Counted from the first letter of the stretch, positions 26,551 to 39,442 are shown. The stretch: DNA of 64,000 nt from Octopus sinensis (GCF_006345805.1 NC_042997.1:203050001-203114000), one strand, 5' to 3'. Numbers and translations: made by a program. Notes: a model not told the origin generated them from the sequence alone.

Positions 26551-26710
26551 ACAGGCCACTGGTCAGTACTTTTACCAAATATTTCAATATTTCAGCTGAC
26601 TTCCCGGAGATGTCAGCTGACAATACCATTACTTTATAGATTTCCTGAAGGAGGTGTTCCTAAGCCTGAAATATTGAAACACTAGGTAAAAGTACAAACC
26701 ATTGACCTGT
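26551..26710. mobile_element. ~160-bp MITE-like element with ~45-bp imperfect TIRs
   Basis: acaggccactggtcagtacttttacc...tttcaatatttcag mirrored by ctgaaatattgaaac...ggtaaaagtacaaaccattgacctgt. Confidence 0.65.
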
Positions 26711-27877
26711 ATTATTTATTTTTCTTTTATAACTTGTATTGTTTTAGCTTTAAAAGAGAAATAAACACACACGCACACACATACGCTTCTTGATGCAGCT
26801 TAGCAGATGCTTTGCTGAAACATCATGGCCATGTTAAAAGATATGAATATATGAATAAATCTAATTAATTACTTAGACAAACTTGCATAATCAGTTTCAC
26901 AAATATCTACATTACTGAAAGTTTCACATGGAAAAAGCATGTTTGGTCATTTGGATACAAAGATACTGAGTGGTGAGACAACCACAGATTCTTAGCAAGG
27001 CTCATTCTTTTTATCCAGTTTGGGTCAAGCAGCTGAACTAATAATTTGATAATGCTAGGCATTATAACAATTGCTGAACATCTACTGAATGGGGGGCAAC
27101 TGATAGGGAACAATTTCTGTAGCTTTTAGAAATTTCAGTAAAATTAATTTAGCATTAACAATGGCTGAAATTGACTAACAGAAAACTCCAGGATTAAAGT
27201 GACCTGTTGTATGCTACAGATGAGCATGGAGGAGCCAGGTAATATCCTTGATTTCAATGCTTCTAGATAAACATTTTCATGTGGAGGTTTTGGCACCAGA
27301 GAAATGATCTTTCCATAAAAACCTGGAACATTCTCAATAAGGCATTCTCTTACTCTTTGGAGTGTGCAATTGTCACTTTTCTTTCTATAAGACATTGAAC
27401 ATCTGATAACAGTCCAATGAATCTCATAACAAGGGATAAGAGCTTTCATACTTCTGCCACCAGCAGAGCTCACTATTGATTTTTAAGCTATTGGCTGTTA
27501 ATACTGTTTTGTGAATGTAACTGAAATAATTTCACTAGAAATTCTAACAAAAGCAAGAAAGACTACTATCTAATGTGCCAAGTTGCCCCTCAAGCAACAA
27601 CTGCCAGGCAATCTAGCAATCGTTGAATTATCTTTTCCATCTTGTGACCTGAAGTGTTTATAAATGCAAGCTTTACTCATCATCCAATGACAACCAGTCT
27701 TATTTAGAAGTTATGGCTGTCTCACTATTTAGTATTATTGTATTCTGAATGGCGAGACGTGAATTTTTACATCTGCTAAACATTTTATCATTGCTAATCT
27801 CATTCAGATTAATAGAAACATTTAACCTCCACAACATGTAATGATTGCTCTTTTCTTTTGTTTCAACATCTACCTGT

Positions 27878-27927
<50 letters not shown>

Positions 27928-29544
27928 CTGTATAACCCAGTCTATCTTTAACTAATTTCTCATTAACATTCCAAGCTAAATTTTTCCCTCTATAATTGCA
28001 TAAGATTTGGTTTCAAATTAAAAAAATTAAATCCAAACATATTCTTCTATTTGGTGCCAAGAAATACAGACAATCTTGAGTGGGTGAATGAATAAATACA
28101 TTTAGCTGATGTAATGGCTATAAATAAACAGGACCATTTATCAAACTATCCAAAATATCAACAAAGGAAAACATTTAAGCAGCTTTTTGAGAAGGAAGTG
28201 AAGTAGTAATATAGGAAAAGTTAGCTTTTATGAAGCTGCTTCATGTATTTAGTATATCAATACTCTAATACTCTAACCAAACACTTAACTATTTAACAAT
28301 CAAATATGTTTACTATATTTATTATGACTCATAACATGGAAAACTGTTTATTGTTATCAACCTGTGAAACCAAAAGCATACTTCTTTATTCCATTGTACA
28401 AAAATTATTCTTCATCCCACACCAAAAAATAGTGATAGTGTTATTGCTTTTAAAATTTTGTTCTTAACTATATTATATAATCTAAATTATGACTCAGAAT
28501 TCCAATATTTTTTGAAAATTCTGAATATATAGAGAAAAAAATTTTTTTCCCAAATAAATAGTCAAAGCGAGTTTAGCTTGCATATTCTCGTTTACTCAAA
28601 AGTCGACTTTACAATAATGACTGCATTTGCTTTTATCTTTGTGAAAACAGGAAAACATTTTTACAGTGACATAATTCTGGTAGCTGAAGGCCATTTCAAA
28701 CCTACTAGAGCTTCTTATTTCAAAGACAATGTATACAGCTCATAGAAAAACAACTTATTGACTAGACATATTTATTGAATAGTTCAATGAGTATTAGTCT
28801 GGTTGTAATCTGAAAACTTTTAACTGATAATTTGACATCAAATGCTTGAAGAACAAAACTGAGATTGCATTGTAACAGAGAACTTATTAAGAAATGAGAA
28901 TTAATTACAGATAAAGATAATCAGAAATTCTTTTTGTCAGACCAGACATGGGTTGGATAAGTCTGATTCACAACACATTATTATAAATCTTGATATTTTG
29001 GCTTGCACCTATCTTGTCTACTCCTGTTTTCCCAATTGGCATGTATCATCAACTCTCAGGCCTATATTAGGACATATGCCTACTGCCAGTCATTGCAATT
29101 CACAACTTAAATATTCAACCAACCAATTTAAACTTATCCACCACTTTCAATGCTCTAATTTCACCCATAATATATATTTCCCTATTACACACATTAACAC
29201 ATTTTAAAACCTACTTTATAATTCCATCCTACCCATTCCCACCTTCTCTTCTATGATGTGAGCCCCTACAATAAAAGACTTGTTCTGTTCTGGTCCCTTC
29301 TCTCTCACTTTAACCCCTAATCCCATAGCATAAAGCCACTCTCCTCTCTACTATAACCCCACTCTGTCTTGTAAGCAGTATGACGACCTCATACTGTCAA
29401 CAAGCAGAGAAGTGCCTTTCTATCTTCTGCCAGACTCCTAAGAAAGATTGAGATCTGAGGTGACTTGTTGTCACTAAAACTCAAAGTGATATCCCTGCTG
29501 AAGTAACAAATGATAGATTTACAATAAAAATAGTAATTCTTTTT

Positions 29545-29715
29545 AATATAGTCATAAGACATGCAATTTTGACAGGAGGAGGGGCAAGTTGATTACATTG
29601 ACCACAGTATTTGACCGGTACTTATTTTATTGACCCTGAAAGGATGAAAAACAAAGTTGATGTAAAGAGCTAGAAAAAATGCTGTTGAGCATTTTATCCA
29701 ACTCGTTGCCTTAAT
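29545..29715 (-). mobile_element. SINE family B, partial
   Basis: ggtacttattttattgaccctgaaaggatgaaaaacaaagttga. Confidence 0.7.
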
Positions 29716-29792
29716 AATAATAACAAATATTATTATTATGATTATTATTGTGATTATCATTATTATCTCCCAATATAATAATGAGTGTAGTG

Positions 29793-29843
<51 letters not shown>

Positions 29844-30291
29844 AAAATCACATTGTGTAGTATAAGTGAAGGAAGAGGAGAGAAAATAGTAATTCAGTGA
29901 AGAAGTAGTGAGAATAATAGCCCTGACTGAGAGGGAGTGAGAGAAAGTAATAGCAATGAGAGAGAGGAAGTGGCAAAGAGCGTGTTGTGTATCTTCTGTT
30001 TTTCTCTGTCACAACATATGAATGAGAAAGGAAGGGTGATAGATGAATAACAAAAGAAGGGGTGAAAAAGTGAAAATCAGCATTTCAACTGTGTGAGTAT
30101 ATGTGTATGTAAAAGGATGTATGTGAATGTATGTGTGTGTAATGGAAATGAGATGGTGAACATTCAACCCTGAAAAGAAAAGTCAAACAGCATTTCAATT
30201 CTGTGTGAGTGTATGTATGTGCATGCACAAAGGAATTATGTGAATGTTTTCATAATAAAAGAATAAATAATTATTAAGAAATGTTTCTCAC

Positions 30292-30450
30292 TTCTTCTAA
30301 CTGTTCAGAATGTTCTCTAAATTTCACTGACAACTCATCCACTTTGTCAGAACTTCCAGCTAATCCATGGATCTTTAATCCCTTTAGTAAATCATGGTCT
30401 TCATTAACCTTGAATAATTCCGATGCTTGGTCCATTGTGGTGTCTTGTAG
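30292..30450 (-). CDS. CTNNAL1: alpha-catulin exon, 159 nt, 53 aa (LQDTTMDQASELF...HSEQLEE)
   Basis: Acceptor ttgctcacctcag|CTA, donor GAA|gtgaga; lies within ORF 30274..30480. Confidence 0.9.
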
Positions 30451-31010
30451 CTGAGGTGAGCAAATAAAGGAAATATACAAATAAACATTTGAAGAACAGA
30501 TTCATATTTAAGAATTTTTTTTCATCATCAATTTACTAAAATAACTAAACCAACAAGAAGCATTAAATTGTGGTCTAAAACATTTGAGGAGTCTATTTTC
30601 TCCAAATTTTGATTCTATTTCTTAACATTTTAGATATGATATAGGCAGCTCATAAACATAATAAAATATTGATAAACTGTCTGTATTAATAGAAGACTAT
30701 GCTGAAATATTTGAAACTGAATGGCTGCTGCTTCAAAAATATCTTCTATTCTACAATCTACTCCAGTTGGTTCAATGGTTCTCTGCTTTGATGAAATAAA
30801 AGCATTTATTTCAGTATCAGTCTCAGGTATAGATATGAGATTAACATGATTATGGCAGTTATTATAGATATAAACAGCATGTACTGACTGCTCGATTTGC
30901 TAATTTAGGTATGACTGCCATTACCGAGAAGTCAGCTCAAACATTGTCCAATATTCTTCATGCCAAACCATTTTTCTTGTAAATTGTCACAACCCACACA
31001 CTCTCTCTCT

Positions 31011-31412
31011 TTCTCTTTACTCTTTTACTTGTTTCAGTCATTTGACTGCGGCCATGCTGGAGCACCGCCTTTAATCGAGCAACTCGACCCCGGGACTTAT
31101 TCTTTTGTAAGCCCAGTACTTATTCTATCGGTCTCTTTTGCTGAACCGCTAAGTTACGGAGACGTAAACACACCAGCATCGGTTGTCAAGCAATGCTAGG
31201 GGGACAAACACAGACACACAAACACGCATATATATATATACATATATACGACGGGCTTCTTTCAGTTTCCATTTACCAAATCTACTCACAAAGCTTTGGT
31301 CAGCCTGAGGCAATAGTAGAAGACACTTGCCCAAGATGCCATGCAGTGGGACTGAACCCGGAATCATGTGGTTGGTAAACAAGCTACTTACCATACAGCC
31401 ACTCCTGCACCT
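31011..31412 (-). mobile_element. SINE family A, full length, young
   Basis: Close to 3965-4413 and 63300-63696, with CpGs retained. Confidence 0.9.
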
Positions 31413-33124
31413 ATTCTTTATTTACTTCCCATACCTTAGCATGTTTCCCACAGGTATCTTATATTATCAACCTTTTTGTTACTGCCAAAAGAACCAAATC
31501 TATTTACAACTTCCTAAATTTCTTGAGCATTTCATCATCTTTATTGCATACTTGTCTTTGCTACCAAATACTTCTGTTTAGCTAAACTTATGGTTCTTGG
31601 TCTGTCTATTTAAAGATTCCCTTTCCTTTGTTGAGAAACCATTATCTGCAATGATTAAACAACAGTGACTTCCTAACTGCTTCTTTCCAACATATTGAGC
31701 AAAACCACATTCTTAACAGGTTTGGTCTTTCTATTCTAGCAGTTTAGCTTTTACCATATTTTTAAGCTCTTTGACTCGTCCATTCTATGCTTTGAATTTT
31801 TCAAAAGCCTGTCATCAGATTCGGCCACAAGAACTAGCTCTGTAACAAGAAAAACTAGTCTTGACTTACAAACTGTCTTTCGAATAACCACAAAGACATG
31901 ACAGATAAAGCAGTGCCTTGGTGCACAACAACCTCTAAGCTAAATTCTACCTAGAACTTATTGTCAATTCAGACCGTTTACACAATCATGATTTCAAAGT
32001 TCACCAAACTATAGAACATGGGTTTCTAGCAAAAGCTCCATGTGGCAAATTTCAATTTAACCTGATAATTTCTTTTGAAATTTCAATTTAACCTAATAAT
32101 TTCACTAGAAACAGCACATTTGATCTTTTACCTGGATACAAATCAAAACTGCAGTCTTATACAAGGTGGGCCAAGAATCACAAAGCATAAAAATGCAGTT
32201 TGTGCAACAACTGAAGCCACCAGATTACAATATACAGACTTCTTGACTTTTGGCTCACTCATTATAACCTAGCCGGCTCAAACTTTGATCCCATTTTCTT
32301 AATTATTTGTATCAGCTTGAAGCCTTTTCTTAATTATTTGTATCAGCTTGAAGCCTCGTCATATTCTCTCTGCTACATTACAAGTGTATTACAGATGAAA
32401 TCTTGTTCTTTCAGCATCTTAGAAACTATCATCCAGATATTTCTTGTAGCATACACTGCCATCATGACTGTAGTTGTCAAATCTCTATAGCTGACTTTTA
32501 TAGTGTTTTTTTTTTGTGTGTTTTTGAGAGAGAAGGAGCCATCCTGAGTATACTGTATCTCATGGTAATCCTTTCCTTACTCTTCTAGTTCCCCATCATC
32601 AACAGCAACTGTGTGTGTGTGAGAGAGGTTTCTAATACACTTCTTCCCTAATTATATTCTTATTTATACAAGCAGAAGTTTTGCAAATTCAAATATTTTA
32701 TACCCCTCAACTTCCTGAGACAAAACATCAACAAAAACCCTTATCACTATGTCTCTCCCAGCCATATAAACCAATTATTTAGCTTCATACCCAGCCTTCA
32801 CATAGTCTACTTTGCTCCCTGCTTCTTTTCATTCCTGTTCTTTTGCATTAAAAATTGAGAAGAATAAACTAAAAGACAATAAGACAATCTAATGGTTTCC
32901 TATTTCAGACGTTGCTACGATCATGGCAAGATATTAAGATTCTTCTTCCTAAACACTGTAACTCAATAAAACTGAAGATGCCATTGTCAAAGTAAATTGC
33001 TAAATTCATAACCCAGCAGCACTGATGTTAAGTATCAAAGTTAGGAGAGCAACTCTTTCACATTACTATCAAGCAGCTTGCGATTGCTGGAGATAATCCA
33101 TTAGAACATCTAATATCAAACAGC

Positions 33125-33548
33125 TGTAGGCACAGGCATGGCTGTATGGTTAAGAAGCTCACTTCCCAATCATGTGGTCTTGGGTTCAGTCTCACAGCAT
33201 GGCATCATTGGCAAGTGTCTTCAACCAAAGCCCTGGGAGGAGATTTGATAGACAGGAACTGAAAAGAAGCCTCCCTCTGTATGTGTGTGTGTGTGCCTGA
33301 CTGCACATATGTGCATGCACCCTTATTTAGGAATCACATGATCATTGTAAATGAGCATCCACATCATATAAGCAATGCTTTTCGTTTTCAGTCTTCCATG
33401 AAAAACATGCCTGGCCTTGAGGAAATATTACCTTACTTAGAAATTGGCATCAGGGAAGGCAGGGCATCTAGTCAGAGCAAAATCTGCTTCAACAAATTTC
33501 ATCTGACTTGTGCAAGCAAGGAGAAATGGACTGATGATGATGATATGT
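33125..33548 (+). mobile_element. SINE family D (family-A head, RTE-like tail ending in gat repeats)
   Basis: Head gcacaggcatggctgtatggttaag...gggttcagtctc; body gaggaaatattaccttacttagaaa; tail ggactgatgatgatgat. Confidence 0.75.
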
Positions 33549-34035
33549 AGAAAGTCTTAGAAACGCTGACATTAGGACAACAGATGTAATGTTGGATGAA
33601 TGAAAATATAACTGCCAAATGTTGATATGATGGAAAATGTCTAAGTTATGAAGTACAGAGTTAGAAATACCAAAAATAGCAAATGTATTTGAAATGTTAA
33701 GTTTGAAGCATTAAACAGTAGTTCTTTTCTTAGTTTTACTATGTATGGAATCTTAACAGTGCAATAAAATGAAATAATAGGTATGTTTAGTAATAAGAAC
33801 TGAAACTTTTTTATTTACATATCGCTCAAGTTTATTTTATCAAAGGTTTCCATTCCTTGTTTTACCAAATTTCTAATCCCCACACAAACATCTCCCAGTA
33901 GTTATTTTATTTCTATATTTCATACACTTACTTTTCCAATATGCTATACTAACCAAATCTTTCTCATAAAATATCTTTGGTTATTAAATCAGAATAAAGG
34001 TTCCACAGAGAAAATATTAGGACTAAAAACTCCTC

Positions 34036-34290
34036 CGTGCCGGTGGCACGTTAAAAGCTCCAACCGATTGTAGCCGATGCCGGACACCCCTGGCACCTGT
34101 GCAGGTGGCACGTAAAAAGCACCCACTACACTCGCGGAGTGGTTGGCGTTAGGAAGGGCATCCAGCTGTAGAAACTCTGCCAGATCAGACTGGAGCCTGG
34201 TGCAGCCCCTGGCTTCCCAGACCCCGGTCGAACCATCCAACCCATGCTAGCGCGGAAAACGGACGTTAAACGATGATGATGATGATGATT
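34036..34290 (+). mobile_element. family C repeat, young
   Basis: gtggcacgtaaaaagcacccactacactcgcggagtggttggcgttaggaagggcatcc ... ggacgttaaacgatgatgat. Confidence 0.9.
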
Positions 34291-34684
34291 GAGTAAAGAG
34301 ATTTCTTGTAGCCTGAACAAAGCCTTAAATTTTGCTCCACATTAAACACAGGAAGATCACAGATTGCTTCTTTGATCAAATGAGCAGACTTGTTCCAGTT
34401 ACTAAATAACAGATATTCATCAGATGTCATGGACAAATTCATAGAACTTAATGCTTCTTTAACAAAAGCACAATAAGGACTAACATAAGGTTTGATTGCC
34501 AAAAGAAGTCACTACCACAACAGAGTAACTGGCTTATCACAGTTACAGAATTATTATCAATTTGTAGAAAAAAATTTTTCTGGTATTCTTATGTTTAGAA
34601 CCAAAGTATTTAAGAATCATTTGGTAGTTTGCTATCAGAAAAAAAAAAAAGACACAGATGCAACATCAACAAAAAGTAATTTGT

Positions 34685-35103
34685 AGCTTGCATCCCAAAT
34701 ACATGGTTTTAGGTTCAGTGTCATTGCATGGCACCTTGGACAAATATCTTCTGTAGCCCAAGGTCAACTTCAGCCTTGTAAGTGAATGCCATAGATGAAA
34801 ACTGCAAACCAAAATAAGCCTAGATGTGTGTGTGTGTGTTGGAGAGAGAGAGAGAGAAAACCAATGTTTATGTCTTCTTGTCTTGACATCGAATGAGAGA
34901 TATAAATGAGTGTCACTGTTATACAATGTCAGTCATTTCTAATATTCTACAAAAACATGTTTAGCTCTGGGGAAATATTACTCCCTTTGGAACTGCTGAG
35001 GAGGACTGGTGACAGGAAAAGCACCCAACTCTATAGAATCTGCCTCAGACTCCATCCAGCCCATGCAAGCACAGAAAAGTGGATGTTAAAATGGTGATGA
35101 TGA
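34685..35103 (+). mobile_element. SINE family D
   Basis: Head remnant plus ggggaaatattactccctttggaa ... ccatgcaagcacagaaaagtggatgttaaaatggtgatga. Confidence 0.7.
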
Positions 35104-35749
35104 ATTTGTTTAGAGAGAATTTACATTATTTCTAAGACAGAAATAATAACTATTATTCTGTCTGACAGGTTTCAAGTTTTAATTATCAGATATAGAAAAC
35201 AATTGTCAGAGATTAGAATGAGAGAAGACTTCCTGTATAGTCTCTTTCTCTCCTTCTAAGCCATAACTTATGTCTTGTGCAAGTGAATATTTAATCTTTC
35301 TCCTCGACACAATGAAGACCCACTATCAGTTATTGTGTAAATATTATGTCAATCATTGTGAAATACTATTGGCATGTCACACAAAGCAACAACTTACTTT
35401 CATGTTCCAAACAAAAACACTTGTGTCATCCAATCAGCAATTATTTTCGAAAAATGAAGCCAAACTAAACAATATTTCTCTAATTTATTTTGTCTTCAAG
35501 TGCAAACTCTTTTATAAACTGCAATACTTCTTTCAACAACAGTTATTGTTCAGCTAATTTACATTCACTGCTAGCTTCAAGTGAGATTCAGCTTATATAA
35601 AAGGAGATATAAGTATAAATATAATTAAATTCTTCACAGTGAAAGTGAATATATTTTTTTTTTATTTAATGTTTTCTACAAGAAGCAATAGTAGCAGCAG
35701 CAATCCTTTCTACTGTAGGCAAGCCTGAAATTTGGAATGAGGGGAATAT

Positions 35750-36010
35750 CATCATCATCATTGTTTAACGCCTGCTTTCCATGCTGGCATGGGTTGGGCG
35801 GTTTAACTGAGGACTGGCAAACCAGATGGCTCCCCAGGCTTCAATCTGATCTGGCAGAGTTTCTACAGCTGGATGCCCTTCCTGATGCCAACCACTCCAA
35901 GAGTGTAGTGGGTGCTTTTACATGCCACTGGCATGAGGGCCAGTCAGGCGGTACTGGTAACGGCCATGCTCAAACGGTGTTTTTACGTGTCACCTGCACA
36001 GGAGCCACGG
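35750..36010 (-). mobile_element. family C repeat, flanked by SINE B pieces
   Basis: Family motif ctggatgcccttcctgatgccaaccactcc; ggtacttatttcaacgatcctgaaaggatg follows at ~36020. Confidence 0.8.
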
Positions 36011-36281
36011 AGCTGAGTGGTACTTATTTCAACGATCCTGAAAGGATGGAAGGCAAAGTCAACCTTGGTAATATCTGGACTGTAAAACTAGAAATACTAC
36101 TAAGCTAATACTACTAATACTACTACCATTATGTCCTTAATGATAATAATGAGCTTATGGTCATTTTGTGTTTAGACTTGGAAATGGTCACTTTATGTTA
36201 AAATCAAACAAGTTATGTAAATTTTCTCAGGTAATTATTCAGATTTTAGTTAACAAACAAAAATTTTGCAAATCATCTCAC

Positions 36282-36368
36282 CTGTTTATGAAGAACCTTT
36301 GATGCTTCAATTGTTTTAAGAATTGCAGTTTCTAATTCTTGACTTGATGACGCAGTTTCTTTCTGATC
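36282..36368 (-). CDS. CTNNAL1: alpha-catulin exon, 87 nt, 29 aa (DQKETASSSQELETAILKTIEASKVLHKQ)
   Basis: Acceptor tgtctgttttccag|GAT, donor CAG|gtgaga; in frame with both neighbours; too short for the ORF track. Confidence 0.88.
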
Positions 36369-36477
36369 CTGGAAAACAGACAAAAAAAAAAAAAGATTTA
36401 AAAATCTGTCCTAAACAGAATAATGTAATCAAAAAATATATGCATAGCCTTTAATCATTTCAGTTCATTTAACTGTT

Positions 36478-36680
36478 TTGATGCTAACGTGTTTGAGATC
36501 ACTCTGGATCTAGGATGCAAATTTGCCATTTTAATGTCACAAATTCCATCAAAATTTCATTCTATGTTCCAAGACACCAGCTTAAAAAATAAATCTATTT
36601 TACTAATTTTTCCTGATTTTCAAAATTAATTGAAACTTAGGAAGAGTGTTTCAACAGAACCATGGAAATAAAAGGGTTAA
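36478..36680. mobile_element. degenerate piggyBac MITE
   Basis: Ends aataaaagggttaa; internal ttcaaaattaattgaaac shared with the family. Confidence 0.5.
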
Positions 36681-38519
36681 ATCAGAATCTATCACAAAGT
36701 GGTTGATGATAGAATTAGTATTCATGGTACTTGAATTAAATCAGTAGTTCTTGTTGTTCTTTGGCTCCAAAGAAGTCTTACCTAAGTAGACCCTATGATC
36801 AAAAGCATTCCAGCAATGACCATTACTGTGTATTTCTTAAATACTGTATCTGTGACTACATTATTGCAGATTTCCTTCCTTTTCAGGTCAGTTGTTTTAG
36901 GCATCCATCACAATTCTATTCACATGTACAATGTTCTATAAAAGTATTAAATCAGCCTGACTTTTTGATAAGCAGGGTGTGGTTTGAGGGAGATTCGGTT
37001 GCTATTTCTGGCAGATTGGCTTCAAAGGTTACCATTGATGTTAATACTTTAAATGTCTTACAAATTTTATAAATAAAATTTTCAAATAATATTGAATTGT
37101 TGTTGAATAGACAATATTTTTAACTCCTAAAATCTGTGACATATCCATCCATACACATGATAGTTTCTGGCAAACCAACCACTGCTGCTACTGCTGCTGC
37201 TGCTGCTGTCATCTTCACTGAGAAGTTGACTCTTGCCACTTCTGGCTGACCAGTATTACTATAGTGTCAATAGCAAGCTTATGTCCACTTGAGCTATAGT
37301 TACCCTTTGGCCCAGTTCTCATGGTCCTTAAGGCTGAATTGATTCTTTCTGTTTCAATTGATTCTCATGTGTAACTAACAAGGAAAGCTTCCACTTGAAA
37401 TTAGACACAGAACCATAAACCTCCAACAGCTGCATTCTTTCTCAGGTTTGTAGTGTTGACAAGAAATGTTGGATGAAAATAATTATTGATATATGCTAAA
37501 CAGACATTATTTGCTTAAGTCTTAATATTGTTGATTCTACTGATTACCTAATTATGGTCTTTTTCACTGGTGGTGGTCTAGACTGAATACATTTGCTTTT
37601 CATAAATCATTTTTATTGTTTTCTACGTTTATTTGAGATATTTTTTTTTATTGTATAATATCGAAGTGTTTTGCTGTTCTGTGTCTTTAGTTAACCAAGT
37701 TTAGTTTTTACTATTTAAGGCAGTGAATTGGTAAAGTCAGTAGAGTGTTTTATAAACTGCCTCATGGTATTTATTCCAACACTGCTGCACTGAGTTCAAA
37801 TCACACCAAGGACAACTTTGCTTTTTCAATTTGTCAGGGTCAATACTCCAAAAGGATGAAAGTACCATTCCAGGATGGTGAATTCAAGGAATTGTTAGTG
37901 TTGGACATGATCCCTTCCAGGATGTGTTCTGGCTCTGTACATTCTGGGTTTAAATCATGAAAAATGGTGACACTTATGTTAGGAGCAGCAACCAACAGAT
38001 CATCATCATTTAACATTTGTTTTTCAAGGTGGCATGGGTTTGGATGGTCCAGCACAATCTGGCAAGCTGCAGGGCTGCGCCTAGCTCTAGTGTCAGCTTT
38101 GGCATAGTTTCTGCTTTTGAATGTCCTTCCTAATGCCTATCACTTTACGGAGAGTACTGAGGTTACCAAATAACTTGCAAGGCAGAGAAGTATCAGGTAG
38201 AGGAGAGCCATCAAAATGTTATCAAGTAATTTGAAAAACCAATAGAAACATAGCTTTATTGGTTCAATCTGAGGATTATCTACCACCACCTACTACCATC
38301 ATGTAGTTAGAGATATGCCTTTTTATGTTGGTCTTGTGGCTGTACATCTATATACTAATTCAAAGTATAAACTGATATTTGCATTATTAATGAAGTGACC
38401 AAAGAGAGACATTCCTCATTCTGCTGTTGATATTTTGCTTCTTTATGAGGTAATTAAAAATGAACTTGGGTAGGTATTTTATTTTTTGAGATCAAATTCA
38501 CTAATACTATTTGAAATAA

Positions 38520-39170
38520 CAGCTTCCGATTTTGGTACAAGGCCAAAAACTTTGAAGTGAAGGACTTAGTCAAAACCGTCAATTCCAGTACTGAACTGGT
38601 GCTTTATATTATTGACTCCAAAAGGATAAGAGGAAAAGTTGACCGTAGCAAGTTTTGAGCTAAAACAAAGCTAGAAGAAATATTGGTCCCAATTTTTGGC
38701 ACAAAGCTAACAATTTTGGGGAAGGGATTAAGATGATTACATTGGCCCCAGTCCTCAACTGGTACTTTTTTTTTATATAGACCTTGAAAGGATGAAAGGC
38801 AAAGTTGACATGAGCAGAACTTGAATTCAGAATGTAAAAATGGATGAACTACTGCTAAGCATTTTGCCTGCTGTGCTAACGATTCTACCAGCTCATTGCC
38901 TTACAGGCATTTTATAGCAGGTTTTAAGAATTCTGCCAATTCACTTCTGTGTTTCTACATTAGGCATAAAACCTGAAATTTGGGGTGAGGGGGATCAGTT
39001 GATTAAATCATCCCCAGTAAATTGACTGGTGCTTTATTTTGACACCCAAAGGATGAAAAGCAAATTTAACCTCACTGAGATTTGAAACCAGAATGTAAAG
39101 AATTGGAAGAAATACTGCAAGGCATTTTGTCTGATGCTCTAATGATTCTGCCAGCTAACTGCCCACTACA
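38520..39170 (-). mobile_element. three consecutive SINE family B copies in the same orientation
   Basis: The ctggt(a/g)ct...aaaggat...aaagttgac motif recurs at ~38597-38643, ~38760-38810 and ~39026-39070. Confidence 0.75.
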
Positions 39171-39186
39171 AAATGAAAATATGAAC

Positions 39187-39442
39187 CAATACATCTGATT
39201 TACATTATTTACAATTGATGGATATATGTTCTCATCTTCTTTGTTGTTAACACAACGTTTCGGCTGATATACCCTCCAGCCTTCATCAGGTGTCTTGGGG
39301 AAATTTCGAACCTGGGTTCTCATTCCTAAGGTATTTTTTTAATATTATTATTATTATTATTATTCAGGTCACTGCCTGAATAATAATATCTGTCTAATGT
39401 AAATAATTCCTCATCTCTTAAATATAGAACAATACATCTGAT
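39187..39442. mobile_element. 230-bp internally inverted retroelement insertion (probably Penelope-like) with 13-bp TSD
   Basis: caatacatctgat at 39187-39199 and 39430-39442 flanks the insert; minus-oriented segment carrying the hammerhead is joined to a short plus-oriented terminus. Confidence 0.65.
39249..39294 (-). ncRNA. minimal type I hammerhead ribozyme motif (Penelope-like-element type)
   Basis: Minus strand reads GACAC CUGAUGA A GGCUG gaggguauau CAGCC GAA ACGU U GUGUU: stem I GACAC/GUGUU, intact CUGAUGA and GAAA core, 5-bp stem II, palindromic loopless stem III (ACGU). Confidence 0.75.

Noticed and set aside
26907-27473. Two adjacent minus-strand ORFs (68 and 109 aa)
   Set aside because: Not catulin sequence and no convincing splice sites; only faint resemblance to a decayed LINE RT (KLQKLFPIS), too weak to annotate.
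31795-31825. CUGAUGA…GAAA on the minus strand
   Set aside because: The intervening caggctttt cannot form stem II.
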